DNA from: Deltaproteobacteria bacterium
Lineage (GTDB): Bacteria; Desulfobacterota; BSN033; WVXP01
Reading direction: 5' to 3'
Length of the DNA stretch: 64,000 bases
Assembly (NCBI GenBank): GCA_019308905.1
Contig: JAFDHF010000015.1
Span: 4,978 to 68,977 of the forward strand
Shown piece after piece: positions 1 through 8,867 of the stretch. How positions within the stretch are numbered: the first letter of the stretch is position 1; every line of letters starts with the position of its first letter. The notes under the pieces are model-generated. The model had not been told where the DNA came from. It searched no databases and saw only the letters and a list, made by a program, of their open reading frames with translations. Both the position numbers and the translations under genes were made by a program.

Positions 1-1247
1 ACGATCACCACCGAAAAGCCCTGAGGGAAAAGGCGTTGCTTGACCGTGAGGCTGATGTCTGCCAGGGTGACCTCTGAGATCCTCAAGGGATAGTTGGAAA
101 GGCTCTGAAGGCCCAGCCCGTACAGTTCGACCTCCAGAATCTCCCTGGCGATCTTGGCCGGGGTTTCGAATCTGAAGGGGTAGCTGCCGAGGTAGTAGTT
201 TTTCGCTCCCTCGAGTTCCTCCTGCCTTGCACCCTCCCGGACAAAGGCCTCGACCACCTCGAGAATCTCCAGCATCACGGCCCCTGTGTTTTCATTGGGC
301 GTGAAGGTCGAGATCACGAAAGGTCCCGGAGACCTCCTCGCCTTGAAACTGCTCGATATCCCGTAGGTATACCCCTTCTGGGAGCGGACCCTCTCCATGA
401 GGCGGGAGGAAAACCCACCCCCTCCCAGTATGTAGTTGGCCACCTGAAAACGGTGAAAGTCAGGGCTGGTCCTCTCGATGCCCGGATGGCCCATCCGGAT
501 CTGGCTCTGCGTAAGGTCCGGGCGGTGGATGATCCGGATCCTCCGCTGGGCTCTGTGGGGGACCTGGAAAGCCTTCCGCTCAGATGAGGCCTGACCGCTC
601 TCCATGGGACCCATGAACTCCTCGGTCCTCATGAAGGACTCCTCGAAGTCGATATCCCCCAGGATCATGAGCACACACTGGTCTGCCACGAAATGTCTGC
701 GGTGAAACCTTTCAAGGTCATCCAGAGCGAGCCTCCTCAGGGAATCGACCGTGCCCCGGCGTGGATGACCGTAAGGGGTCCCCTCAAAGACCAACTCGGT
801 GAATTGGTCGTCGGCGACGATCTCCGACTCGTCCTGATCCTGGATAAGACTCGCAATGCGCCTCTTCTTGAGCTGCTCGAACTCAGGCTCCGGGAACGTC
901 GGGTGGAGGACCAGATCCGAAATAATCTCAACCAAGGAGGGCAGATCCTCTGAGAGACCCTCGATCTCGACAAAACTCGCGTCCCAACCCGAGTAGAATG
1001 CGAGGTGCGCCCCCAGGGAGTCGACATCGAGGGCGATCTGCTGGCTCGTCCGCTTCTCCGTCCCGAGAGTCAGCATTTCCAGGGCGAGATCGGCCTGTCC
1101 TGCTCTGCCCTCCTCGTCCGCCTCAGCTCCCTTCTTGACCATCAAGACGAGAGTGACAAGGGGAAGCCTCCGGTCCCGTACGGCAAGCACCCGCATCCCG
1201 TTACCAAGGGTCTGACTCTGAATCTCAGGAAGCCTGACCGATTCCAT
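1..1247 (-). CDS. M16-family (insulinase-like) peptidase, probably the non-catalytic partner subunit. Partial: runs off the window start.
   Basis: Manual minus-strand translation gives MESVRLPEIQSQTLGNGMRVLAVRDRRLPLVTLVLMVKKGAEAD... with M16-like domain organisation and no HxxEH motif. ATG is at complement 1247-1245, immediately downstream of the catalytic M16 gene. Confidence 0.6.
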   Translation of the reverse strand, partial: MESVRLPEIQSQTLGNGMRVLAVRDRRLPLVTLVLMVKKGAEADEEGRAGQADLALEMLTLGTEKRTSQQIALDVDSLGAHLAFYSGWDASFVEIEGLSEDLPSLVEIISDLVLHPTFPEPEFEQLKKRRIASLIQDQDESEIVADDQFTELVFEGTPYGHPRRGTVDSLRRLALDDLERFHRRHFVADQCVLMILGDIDFEESFMRTEEFMGPMESGQASSERKAFQVPHRAQRRIRIIHRPDLTQSQIRMGHPGIERTSPDFHRFQVANYILGGGGFSSRLMERVRSQKGYTYGISSSFKARRSPGPFVISTFTPNENTGAVMLEILEVVEAFVREGARQEELEGAKNYYLGSYPFRFETPAKIAREILEVELYGLGLQSLSNYPLRISEVTLADISLTVKQRLFPQGFSVVI

Positions 1248-1330
1248 CACGCAAGCTCTCAGTCATCACGGATCCATGGGAGAGGTTCGGCAGCAAGGTT
1301 CCTTCAAGCATGGCCTGCACCTCGGCCTCA

Positions 1331-2644
1331 TCATTCGTATTCTCCCCACTTCTCACTCTCCCGGGGAGAAACAGGAACCAGGGTGACCACCGTCCGGTTG
1401 TCCTCGTGCAGGTACCGGTTCGCCACGTTCATTACATCCTCAGCCGTCACAGAGAGATAGGACGGCTCAACACGATTAATCCAGCTGTGATCCCCGGCCC
1501 GAATCCTGTAGATCCCAGCAGTAATTCCCTTGTAGAAGTGAGTCTGGAGGCTCATGAGATAGGATGACCGCAGCTTCTTCTTGCTCCTGTCAAGCTCCGC
1601 CTCGTCGACGGGGTCTCTCCTCACGGACTCTATCTCCTGCCAGACATCGCGTTCCAACATCTGGATATCCTCATCCGGCGAAGCCACAACGGCCGTGACA
1701 AGGAGCCCCGGGTCCATGGTGAGAAAGGGGGGCGGACCAAGCTCCACCTTGGCTTCCACAGCCCTCCCGGTCTTGATGAACCTCTGATAGAAGCGGGACG
1801 ACTTGCCGTGGCAGAGCAACGAGGTGAGAACCAGCAGGGGAAAAATATCCGGGTCGGTAACGGGAGGAACATGAAAACCCGCAAAAAAAGCAGGAGTCTG
1901 GGCAACCTTCTTATAGATCGTCCGCCTCTCTCCTCTCTGTGGATTCTCCCTGACCTGAAGGGGAACGGGAGGAGGCTGAGAGGGGATATGGCCGAAATGC
2001 TTCTCCATCATGGAAAAGGCCCTGTCGGGGTCGAGATCCCCCACCATGGCAACAACGGCGTTGTTGGGGGCATAGTGTACTCGATGATACTCCAGGCAGT
2101 CCTGGAGAGTGAGATTCCTTATGTCCTGGTCCCACCCGATCACGGGCCAGCGGTACGGATGGATGTGGAAGGCCACTGCAAAGAGCTCCTCCATGACCAG
2201 GCCGAAAGGGCTGTTGACGGTCCGATACTTCCTCTCGCTCCGGACCACCTCTCGTTCCGTGGTAAGGTTCTCTTCGGTGATCCTGAGGTTTTCGAGCCTC
2301 TCTGCCTCCAGGTGCATGGCCAGCTCTAGTTTCCCCGCAGGAAGATTCTCGAAGTACGAGGTGTTGTCAGTGGTCGTGAAGGCATTGGTGGTTCCTCCGT
2401 TTGCCTGAATTATTCTCGAAAACTCCTCAGGGCCGAGCTCTTTCGACCCTCTAAACATCATGTGCTCGAAAAGATGGCTGATACCGGTGATTCCCGGTCT
2501 CTCGTTCCGGGAGCCCGCGGCGAAATGAATCTGAAAACTCACCACAGGGACGGTCCTGTCGGGCAGGGCGAGCACACAGAGGCCATTGGGGAGAGTATGC
2601 TCCTCGAATCGGAAGGTAACGGTCTTTTGGGGCACTCTCTTCAT
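1331..2644 (-). CDS. M16-family zinc peptidase (PqqL/insulinase-like), catalytic subunit
   Basis: 437-aa ORF with the inverted zinc-binding motif HLFEHMMF (HxxEH) and typical M16 N- and C-domains. Confidence 0.8.
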   Translation of the reverse strand: MKRVPQKTVTFRFEEHTLPNGLCVLALPDRTVPVVSFQIHFAAGSRNERPGITGISHLFEHMMFRGSKELGPEEFSRIIQANGGTTNAFTTTDNTSYFENLPAGKLELAMHLEAERLENLRITEENLTTEREVVRSERKYRTVNSPFGLVMEELFAVAFHIHPYRWPVIGWDQDIRNLTLQDCLEYHRVHYAPNNAVVAMVGDLDPDRAFSMMEKHFGHIPSQPPPVPLQVRENPQRGERRTIYKKVAQTPAFFAGFHVPPVTDPDIFPLLVLTSLLCHGKSSRFYQRFIKTGRAVEAKVELGPPPFLTMDPGLLVTAVVASPDEDIQMLERDVWQEIESVRRDPVDEAELDRSKKKLRSSYLMSLQTHFYKGITAGIYRIRAGDHSWINRVEPSYLSVTAEDVMNVANRYLHEDNRTVVTLVPVSPRESEKWGEYE

Positions 2645-2699
2645 GTCATTCTGCAGGGGAGATCCTGGGCTCCAGGTCCAACCAGGAGACGGCCTTTTT

Positions 2700-3344
2700 C
2701 TATGAAGACTTCCCCTTACGGACCGGTCGCAGATCGTCGAAGAGAACCGGGATCCTTCGACAGAACTCTTCGAGCAAGGGGACCATGATCTGTCTCATCT
2801 GAGGATGTGCCTGAGGACCGGACCTCAGTGCCAGGATGTGCCGCCACTCCCGGATGTTACAGGTCATAACGATTTCCGACCTGAGAGAATTCGGAAGAAC
2901 GGCTCGTGCCTCCTGGGGCGTCGCCCCCTGTTCGAGGAGCCGCATGTAGTGAGCCTCGGCCGCCTTCATCGCCTCGTACCATTCCCTGTAAGCAGGAGAA
3001 TCCTCAGGCCAGAAAGGCGGCTTGATTACGGTGATCTCCCTTCCGAATCTATCCTTGCCGTAATTGGCGTAGCGGGTGCTCTCTTGACTAAAGGAGGCGA
3101 TACGATGCCGGACCAATTCATGGGTCACTCCCCTGTCACATGTAAACCTCACGGTGATGGAGACGTGCTCGAGCACGCTGTGGTGGCCTGCGGCTATAAG
3201 TCGCCTCACAAAAGCCGGAGCCGAGTCTGCACTTATCCGATCCTCTGACCTGTAGCAGGTTCTCCCGGCCTGCTCGATCTTGCGGAGAATCGAATCTCCG
3301 TCCAGTGGATCAAGAATCTCGAAACAGGGTTCTATAACCTTCAT
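2700..3344 (-). CDS. thyX: Flavin-dependent thymidylate synthase ThyX
   Basis: 214-aa ORF with the ThyX signature RHRIASFSQESTRY (RHRx7S) and length typical of ThyX. It lies directly downstream of nrdJ on the same strand. Confidence 0.85.
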   Translation of the reverse strand: MKVIEPCFEILDPLDGDSILRKIEQAGRTCYRSEDRISADSAPAFVRRLIAAGHHSVLEHVSITVRFTCDRGVTHELVRHRIASFSQESTRYANYGKDRFGREITVIKPPFWPEDSPAYREWYEAMKAAEAHYMRLLEQGATPQEARAVLPNSLRSEIVMTCNIREWRHILALRSGPQAHPQMRQIMVPLLEEFCRRIPVLFDDLRPVRKGKSS

Positions 3345-3392
3345 AAATTCCCGGAAGTCTCTGAATTAAACCGGAAGATCCATCCATTACGG

Positions 3393-6113
3393 CTACGAAC
3401 ACCCGCTGGTGGCACCACAGTTCAGGCACTTGTAACACGAGCCGTTCCGGACCATAATCGACCCGCATTCCGGGCAGGGGGGAGCGTCTTCCTGGGCAGC
3501 AAAGGCAAAACCCTTCTCCCTTTCCCTTTCTGCCTCCCCTTGCCGCCCCCCGGCCGGGGGATTGGCCAGGATCCCCACTTCCGCCTGCTCCTCCATGGTC
3601 AGGAATCTCGAGGCCAGCCAGCGGAAGATATAGTCGCTCAGGGATTTTGCAATGGGGATCTGAGGGTTCTTCGTGAATCCAGATGGTTCGAATCTCGTGT
3701 GGGCGAACTTGTTCACCAGTACCTTCAGGGGAACTCCGTACTGGAGGGCCAGGGAAACCGCTGTGGCGAAACAGTCCATCAGACCGGAAACCACGCTCCC
3801 TTCCTTGGCAATCACCACAAAGATCTCCCCTGGCGTCCCGTCGTCGTACATGCCCACCGTTATGTAGCCCTCGTGGTTCCCGATGCTGAACTTGTGGGTG
3901 AGTGCTCTCCTCTCGTCAGGAAGACGGCGGCGGTACGGAGCCCCCTTTCTCTCGAGGCTCTCCTTCTCTCTCTGGCTCAGGGGCTGGGTCCGTTTGGACC
4001 CGTCTCGATAGATGGCAACCGCTTTGAGGCCCAGCTCCCACGATCGAATATAGGCCTCCATGATCTCATCTACCGTGGTCTCATTCGGCACGTTTATGGT
4101 CTTGGATATGGCGCCTGAAATAAAAGGCTGGACAGCACCCATCATCTTTATATGGCCCATGTGGCTGATCGATCGACTCCCATTGAGGGGCTTGAAGGCG
4201 CAGTCGAAGATCGGCAGGTCCCTCTCCTTCAAATAGGGTGCCCCTTCGATAGTCTCCTTCCTGTCGAGGAATTCGAGGATCTCCTTCTTCTCGTCCTGAG
4301 AGTAACCCAGGCGATCGAGAGCGAGGGAGACGGTGCGGTTGACCATCTTGAGAACCCCTCCACCCACCAGCCTCTTGTATTTGACCAGAGAGATATCAGG
4401 CTCGACCCCCGTGGTGTCGCAGTCCATCATGAAGGCGATCGTTCCTGTCGGAGCCAGAACCGTGACCTGAGAATTTCGATACCCATGGGTCTCCCCCTCC
4501 TCTATCGCCTTCTCCCACACCTCGTGGACGGCCCCGAGAAACTCTAGGGGAACATAGGCGGAGTTTATCTTGGAAACCGCCCGGTGGTGTTTCCGAATCA
4601 CCTCGAGCATGGGCTTGCGATTCACCTCAAACCCTTCAAAGGGTCCGATTCTCCCCGCAATCTTGGCAGAGGTCAAATAGGCCTGCCCCGTCATAAGGGC
4701 GGTCACCGCCGCGGCATAGCTCCTTCCCGAGTCGCTGTCATAGGGAAGGCCCCGGGCCATCAGCAAGGCGCCCAGGTTGGCGTAGCCGAGTCCAAGAGGG
4801 CGGAAAACGCGGCTGTTTCTTGCGACCGCCTCGGTGGGGTAGCCGGCATTGTCCACGATGATCTCCTGGGCGAGGATCATGACCTCTACGGCGTGACAGA
4901 AGGCCTGCACGTCAAACTCCCCCGCCTCGTTCAGGAACTTCAGGAGGTTCAAGGAGGCCAGATTACAAGCCGAATCATCGAGAAACATATACTCGCTGCA
5001 GGGATTCGAGGCATTGATCCGCCCGCTGTTGGGGCAGGTGTGCCAGCCGTTTATCGTGGTATCGAACTGCATGCCGGGATCACCACACACATGGGTCCCC
5101 TCCGCGATAAGGCGGAGGACTTCCCTGGCCCGATAGGTCTCCATCACCTCCCCGGTGGTGACTGCACGGGTCTGCCAGGTGCCGTCCTCCACGACGGCCC
5201 TCATGAAATCGTCCGGAACCCTCACACTGTGGTTGGCGTTCTGAAAGAAGACGGAACCGTAAGCATCGCCGTTGAAGGAACCGTCGTACCCCGCGTCGAT
5301 AAGGGCCCATGCCTTCTTCTCTTCCTCCTTCTTTGCATTTATGAATTCTATGATATCGGGATGGTCTGCATTTAGGATCACCATCTTTGCAGCCCTTCGG
5401 GTCTTGCCTCCGGATTTGATAACGCCTGCAAAAGCATCATATCCCTTCATGAAGGAGACAGGACCCGAGGCCGTTCCACCTCCTGACAGATGTTCCCTTG
5501 AAGAGCGGAGGAAGGAGAGGTTTGTACCCGTGCCGGAACCGTGCTTGAACAGCATGCCTTCAACCTTGGCCAGTTCGAGGATGGAGGCCATCGAATCCTG
5601 GACCGAGTTGATAAAACACGCCGAGCACTGCGGTTTTTCTTCTATGCCGCAGTTGAACCAGACAGGGCTATTGAAGGAGGCCATCTGGTAAAGAAGGAGA
5701 TGAGAGAGTTCGTCCTGGAAGGCATCCCGGTCGTCACCGGATGTGAAGTATCCCTGTGATGCTCCCCAGCGTGTGATGGTCTCAACGACCCTCCCGATGA
5801 GTTGCCGGAGGCTGGATTCCCTTTCAGAAGTGCCCAGTATACCCCTGAAGTACTTGGAAGCCACCACGTTTACGGCCATCTGAGACCATGAAGAGGGAAA
5901 CTCCAGGTCTCTCTGCTCGAACACCTTTTCCCCCTTCTCGTTGGTGATGGCAGCGCTCCTCCGCTCCCACTCGAGGGTGTCAAAGGGAGAGACGCCCTTC
6001 TTCGTGAAATAGCGGCGGACGATTCCCCGCCTCCCCCTCTCCTCGGAAAGACCCGCATCCTGCTCGGGTTCCTCTCTTTGAGGATCTCGCTCCCCCATCT
6101 TCCCCTGACTCAT
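3393..6113 (-). CDS. nrdJ: Class II, adenosylcobalamin-dependent ribonucleoside-diphosphate/triphosphate reductase NrdJ
   Basis: 906-aa ORF with an RNR class II catalytic core (NSVQDSMASILE, active-site Cys-containing PCSEY, SGGGTASGP) and a C-terminal Zn-ribbon CPECG...CLNCG. Confidence 0.85.
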   Translation of the reverse strand: MSQGKMGERDPQREEPEQDAGLSEERGRRGIVRRYFTKKGVSPFDTLEWERRSAAITNEKGEKVFEQRDLEFPSSWSQMAVNVVASKYFRGILGTSERESSLRQLIGRVVETITRWGASQGYFTSGDDRDAFQDELSHLLLYQMASFNSPVWFNCGIEEKPQCSACFINSVQDSMASILELAKVEGMLFKHGSGTGTNLSFLRSSREHLSGGGTASGPVSFMKGYDAFAGVIKSGGKTRRAAKMVILNADHPDIIEFINAKKEEEKKAWALIDAGYDGSFNGDAYGSVFFQNANHSVRVPDDFMRAVVEDGTWQTRAVTTGEVMETYRAREVLRLIAEGTHVCGDPGMQFDTTINGWHTCPNSGRINASNPCSEYMFLDDSACNLASLNLLKFLNEAGEFDVQAFCHAVEVMILAQEIIVDNAGYPTEAVARNSRVFRPLGLGYANLGALLMARGLPYDSDSGRSYAAAVTALMTGQAYLTSAKIAGRIGPFEGFEVNRKPMLEVIRKHHRAVSKINSAYVPLEFLGAVHEVWEKAIEEGETHGYRNSQVTVLAPTGTIAFMMDCDTTGVEPDISLVKYKRLVGGGVLKMVNRTVSLALDRLGYSQDEKKEILEFLDRKETIEGAPYLKERDLPIFDCAFKPLNGSRSISHMGHIKMMGAVQPFISGAISKTINVPNETTVDEIMEAYIRSWELGLKAVAIYRDGSKRTQPLSQREKESLERKGAPYRRRLPDERRALTHKFSIGNHEGYITVGMYDDGTPGEIFVVIAKEGSVVSGLMDCFATAVSLALQYGVPLKVLVNKFAHTRFEPSGFTKNPQIPIAKSLSDYIFRWLASRFLTMEEQAEVGILANPPAGGRQGEAEREREKGFAFAAQEDAPPCPECGSIMVRNGSCYKCLNCGATSGCS

Positions 6114-6159
6114 TGGTCACCTCCTGATGGAATTCGACAAGGATCACCGGGAAACTCTC

Positions 6160-6197
6160 ATAGAATATAAGTAGCGCCATCCACCCCCCATGTCAAG
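6160..6197 (-). promoter_or_regulatory. Putative sigma70-type promoter for nrdJ-thyX (TTGACA then an AT-rich -10)
   Basis: Minus strand reads ttgacatggggggtggatggcgctacttatattct about 45-80 nt upstream of the nrdJ ATG. Confidence 0.3.
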
Positions 6198-6491
6198 CCA
6201 ATTTAACTAGATATTGTATTTTTTTCTGCGTCAGACACAAGATGTTGATTTTCCAGGCCCTTTGACCCTCGGCATGGCGCCTCCAAAATCGCGCGCTCAT
6301 CCAAGGGGGGCCGGCCAGGGCTGCGTCAACCTCGGAGGCGGCCTGTTGATTTTGCTCTGGGCGCCCCAGGGCAGATATCTCCTCCACTCGCACGTGACTC
6401 CAGTGTTATCCGACCTGGAGTTTCCTGACTTTTGGAGAACACCCTTGCCTCAGAGCGACATTGCGGAAGCGGTGGGGTACCCATCAAGGGT

Positions 6492-6601
6492 GAGCGGGGA
6501 GGGGAAAGGTCGTGTTCGTGATTCGTGAGTCGTGTTCGTGGGGAAGGGGCAGGAATTCCCCACCCGCGAACCTTGATAGGGTCACCGCGTGAGCTCAGGA
6601 G
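6492..6601. repeat. Intergenic repeat copy A, about 110 bp, containing a heptad tandem array (TCGTGNN)x4-5 at 6510-6540
   Basis: About 80% identical to the reverse complement of 26820-26934. Both share ggaaggggcaggaa, cgtgagctcagga and gtcgtgttcgtgattcgtgagtcgtg. Confidence 0.5.
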
Positions 6602-6703
6602 CGAGGGGACAAGGGTGTTCTCCTGCCAAAACAGAAAAAAAAACTCCAATTATCCGACCGATTGATCTGGTCAACACCTGTATAGTAAACTAAGGGTAGA
6701 GGT

Positions 6704-7321
6704 ATGTACATGAAGCTGACGCGCCGCCAGAGGGAGGTACTTGAATTCATCAAACAGTCAATCGCCAGACAGGGATTCCCCCCGTCGATAAGGGAGATAG
6801 GAGAGCATTTCGGCATCTACCCCCGTGCGGTTCTTGATCATGTGCGGGCCCTGGAAAGGAAGGGCTTTGTCAGGCGGAGGGCAGCAAAGAGCCGGGCTAT
6901 CGAAGTCGTCGATTTCCCGGAGAAACCTCTCCGGCCAGACACCCGAGAGGTGCCTCTCCTCAGAAGGGTGGCGGTTCGAAGACCCTTCCTCGTCGCAGAA
7001 GACGTCGAGGCCACGGTGGCCGTTGCCAGAGAGTGGACAGGGGACGGGGAAGTCTTCCTTTTCAGGGTTCGAGGGGGAAGCATGGCACCTTTCATCCTGG
7101 AGGGAGATCTGGTTTTGGTGAGCTCCCAAACCACCGTGGAGGGGGGAGACGTGGTGCTGGCCCTGGCCGGCCGGGAGGCTGTGGTGCGGCGCCTCCGGAG
7201 AGAGGATCGATTTATCCTCCTGGAACCCGAGAATCCTGCCTGGAAGAGCCTCCGCTTCGGGGAAGACTCTCCGGATCTCCGTATACTCGGTAGGGTGATC
7301 GGGATTTACAGGAGACTTTGA
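6704..7321 (+). CDS. lexA: LexA repressor (SOS regulon transcriptional repressor/autopeptidase)
   Basis: 205-aa ORF with an N-terminal winged HTH (LTRRQREVLEFIKQ...GFPPSIREIG) and C-terminal S24 peptidase motifs (GGSMAPFI, GDLVLV, RRL). The true start may be the ATG at 6710, which has a better RBS. Confidence 0.85.
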   Translation: MYMKLTRRQREVLEFIKQSIARQGFPPSIREIGEHFGIYPRAVLDHVRALERKGFVRRRAAKSRAIEVVDFPEKPLRPDTREVPLLRRVAVRRPFLVAEDVEATVAVAREWTGDGEVFLFRVRGGSMAPFILEGDLVLVSSQTTVEGGDVVLALAGREAVVRRLRREDRFILLEPENPAWKSLRFGEDSPDLRILGRVIGIYRRL

Positions 7322-7453
7322 ACGGGCCCAGACCGGCGGCGTCCCAGCGTCCTGGCTTAGAGATAACACCTTTCCCTCTCAAGAACCGTAGTGAGAATCC
7401 CGCTCGGACGTGCGGGAATCCGCTCGAATCGCGGAGACAGGAGAGAAACGGCC

Positions 7454-7481
7454 TTGACAGCCTTTTTTGTGGACCTATATA
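7454..7481 (+). promoter_or_regulatory. Sigma70-like promoter (TTGACA-16-TATATA) driving the riboswitch-exbB operon
   Basis: ccTTGACAgccttttttgtggaccTATATAc, directly upstream of the riboswitch. Confidence 0.45.
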
Positions 7482-7504
7482 CTTATTGATCTGAAACAGA
7501 CAGC

Positions 7505-7727
7505 GCACTGTCTCCAGGTGTTTCGAGGAGAAACCGAAAAGGGAAGACGGTGAGAATCCGTCGCGGACCCGCCGCTGTGATCCCCTCTCTTCCGTGATGA
7601 TTCGGGAGAGGGTGTTCCCTTTGCAAAACGCTCACCAAGGTAGGGAGAGTCACTGTCTCCGCTGGGGATGGGAAGGCCGGCAAAGGGACCTGGGAGAGCC
7701 AGAAGACCTGCCTGGAGATACTTCACG
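7505..7727 (+). ncRNA. Cobalamin (AdoCbl) riboswitch
   Basis: Conserved core AAAAGGGAAGACGGTGAGAATCCGTCGCGGACCCGCCGCTGTGA, a downstream GTCACTG...GGGAAGGCCGG, and a B12 box GAGCCAGAAGACCTGCC at about 7694-7711. It sits in the 5' leader of the exbB-exbD-tonB-btuFCD genes. Confidence 0.65.
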
Positions 7728-7817
7728 AATGTCTTCGAGGGGCAAGACAGTGAAGGGTTAAGTAACTCCTTGAGCCGGTCACCCTGCGTGGACCGGCTTG
7801 TTTGTGCGGAGGTGGTG

Positions 7818-8453
7818 ATGTTCAGCGTGATGTCCCGGGGGGGGCCGATCATGTATCCCCTTCTGGCATGCTCGATCGTGGCGGTTGCCATCATCTTCGA
7901 GCGCGCGGTCTTCTGGCTCAGGATCCAGCACAACAGCGACAGGAGGCTCGCCTTCAGAATCCTGGAGCTCGCCGAGAAGGAAATCTACGGCGAGGCTTAC
8001 AGCTTGGGAAAGAACTCGAAGGACTACGTGGTCAAGATGTTGATCAACGGTATCGCCCACAGGGAGTATTCCCTGCCGAGGGCCCTCGAAATGGCCGCGG
8101 ATGAAGCCCTGAAGCGGATGAGGCGCTATCTGGATGTTCTCGATACGATAGTCACCGTGGCCCCTCTGTTGGGCATCTTCGGCACGGTGTTGGGTATCAT
8201 CAATTCCTTCGACCTTCTGGGCCTTGCGCGGATCGCCCAACCCCAGGTCGTGACAAAGGGGATCGCCCAGGCCCTGATCACCACCGCTGCCGGGCTGGCC
8301 GTGGCCATCGTCACCCTCATCGCTCACAACTACTTTCTCTCCCGCATCGAGGGATTCTCAAAGGAGATGGAACTATTTGCGAGCAGTCTCGAGATAGCCT
8401 TTGAGAAGAACCAGAGCCGGAGACAGAACTGCGAGGCCGGAGGAGAGACCTAG
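7818..8453 (+). CDS. exbB: MotA/TolQ/ExbB-family proton channel (ExbB)
   Basis: Three TM helices and conserved MotA/ExbB C-terminal segments. The listed ORF starts at 7668, but that would overlap the riboswitch, so the likely start is ATG 7818 (MFSVMSRGGPIMYPLL). Confidence 0.75.
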   Translation: MFSVMSRGGPIMYPLLACSIVAVAIIFERAVFWLRIQHNSDRRLAFRILELAEKEIYGEAYSLGKNSKDYVVKMLINGIAHREYSLPRALEMAADEALKRMRRYLDVLDTIVTVAPLLGIFGTVLGIINSFDLLGLARIAQPQVVTKGIAQALITTAAGLAVAIVTLIAHNYFLSRIEGFSKEMELFASSLEIAFEKNQSRRQNCEAGGET

Positions 8454-8867
8454 ATGCGAATCAAGCGGAACGTGAGGAAGCGGGCACGGATCGAGATGAT
8501 TCCTCTCATCGATTCCATGTTCCTCCTTCTCGTCTTCTTCATCTATTCCATGCTTTCCATGACGGTCCACCGGGGAATCCAGGTCAATCTGCCTGAAGCC
8601 AGAACCGGGAAAATCGACAAGAGAGACTATGTGGCGATTACTATTACCGAAGACGAGAGGGTATTTCTGGGAAAGCGGGAGGTCTCTCTTCCAGATCTCC
8701 AGACCCGGCTCGAGAGAATAAAGAGGGCTCATCCCGGCCGGCCGGTCTTCATCAATGCGGATAGGAGGGTCCCTTACGAGGTGATCATTGCGGCCCTCGA
8801 CGCGGTACGCTCGGCAGGACTGAGCCGGGTCTCACTGGACACACAGGAAAAGCGTGATGGCACGTGA
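8454..8867 (+). CDS. exbD: ExbD/TolR biopolymer transport protein
   Basis: 137-aa ORF with a single N-terminal TM helix (IPLIDSMFLLLVFF) and an ExbD periplasmic domain. Translationally coupled to exbB. Confidence 0.75.
   Translation: MRIKRNVRKRARIEMIPLIDSMFLLLVFFIYSMLSMTVHRGIQVNLPEARTGKIDKRDYVAITITEDERVFLGKREVSLPDLQTRLERIKRAHPGRPVFINADRRVPYEVIIAALDAVRSAGLSRVSLDTQEKRDGT

Noticed and set aside
6510-6540. Possible CRISPR-like or minisatellite array
   Set aside because: There are only 4-5 units of 7 bp, no spacers and no cas genes. It is reported instead as an internal feature of the repeat.
6114-6703. Cobalamin riboswitch or NrdR boxes upstream of nrdJ
   Set aside because: No B12-box or GGTG...GCCACTG core on the nrdJ leader. 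No convincing pair of 16-bp NrdR palindromes could be read by eye. Left as a question in the findings.
7395-7440. Tandem small hairpins after lexA (CCCGC-N8-GCGGG and TCCGC-N6-GCGGA) as a Rho-independent terminator
   Set aside because: No U-tract follows. They may be stabilising structures or part of the promoter-upstream region, so they are not annotated as a terminator.
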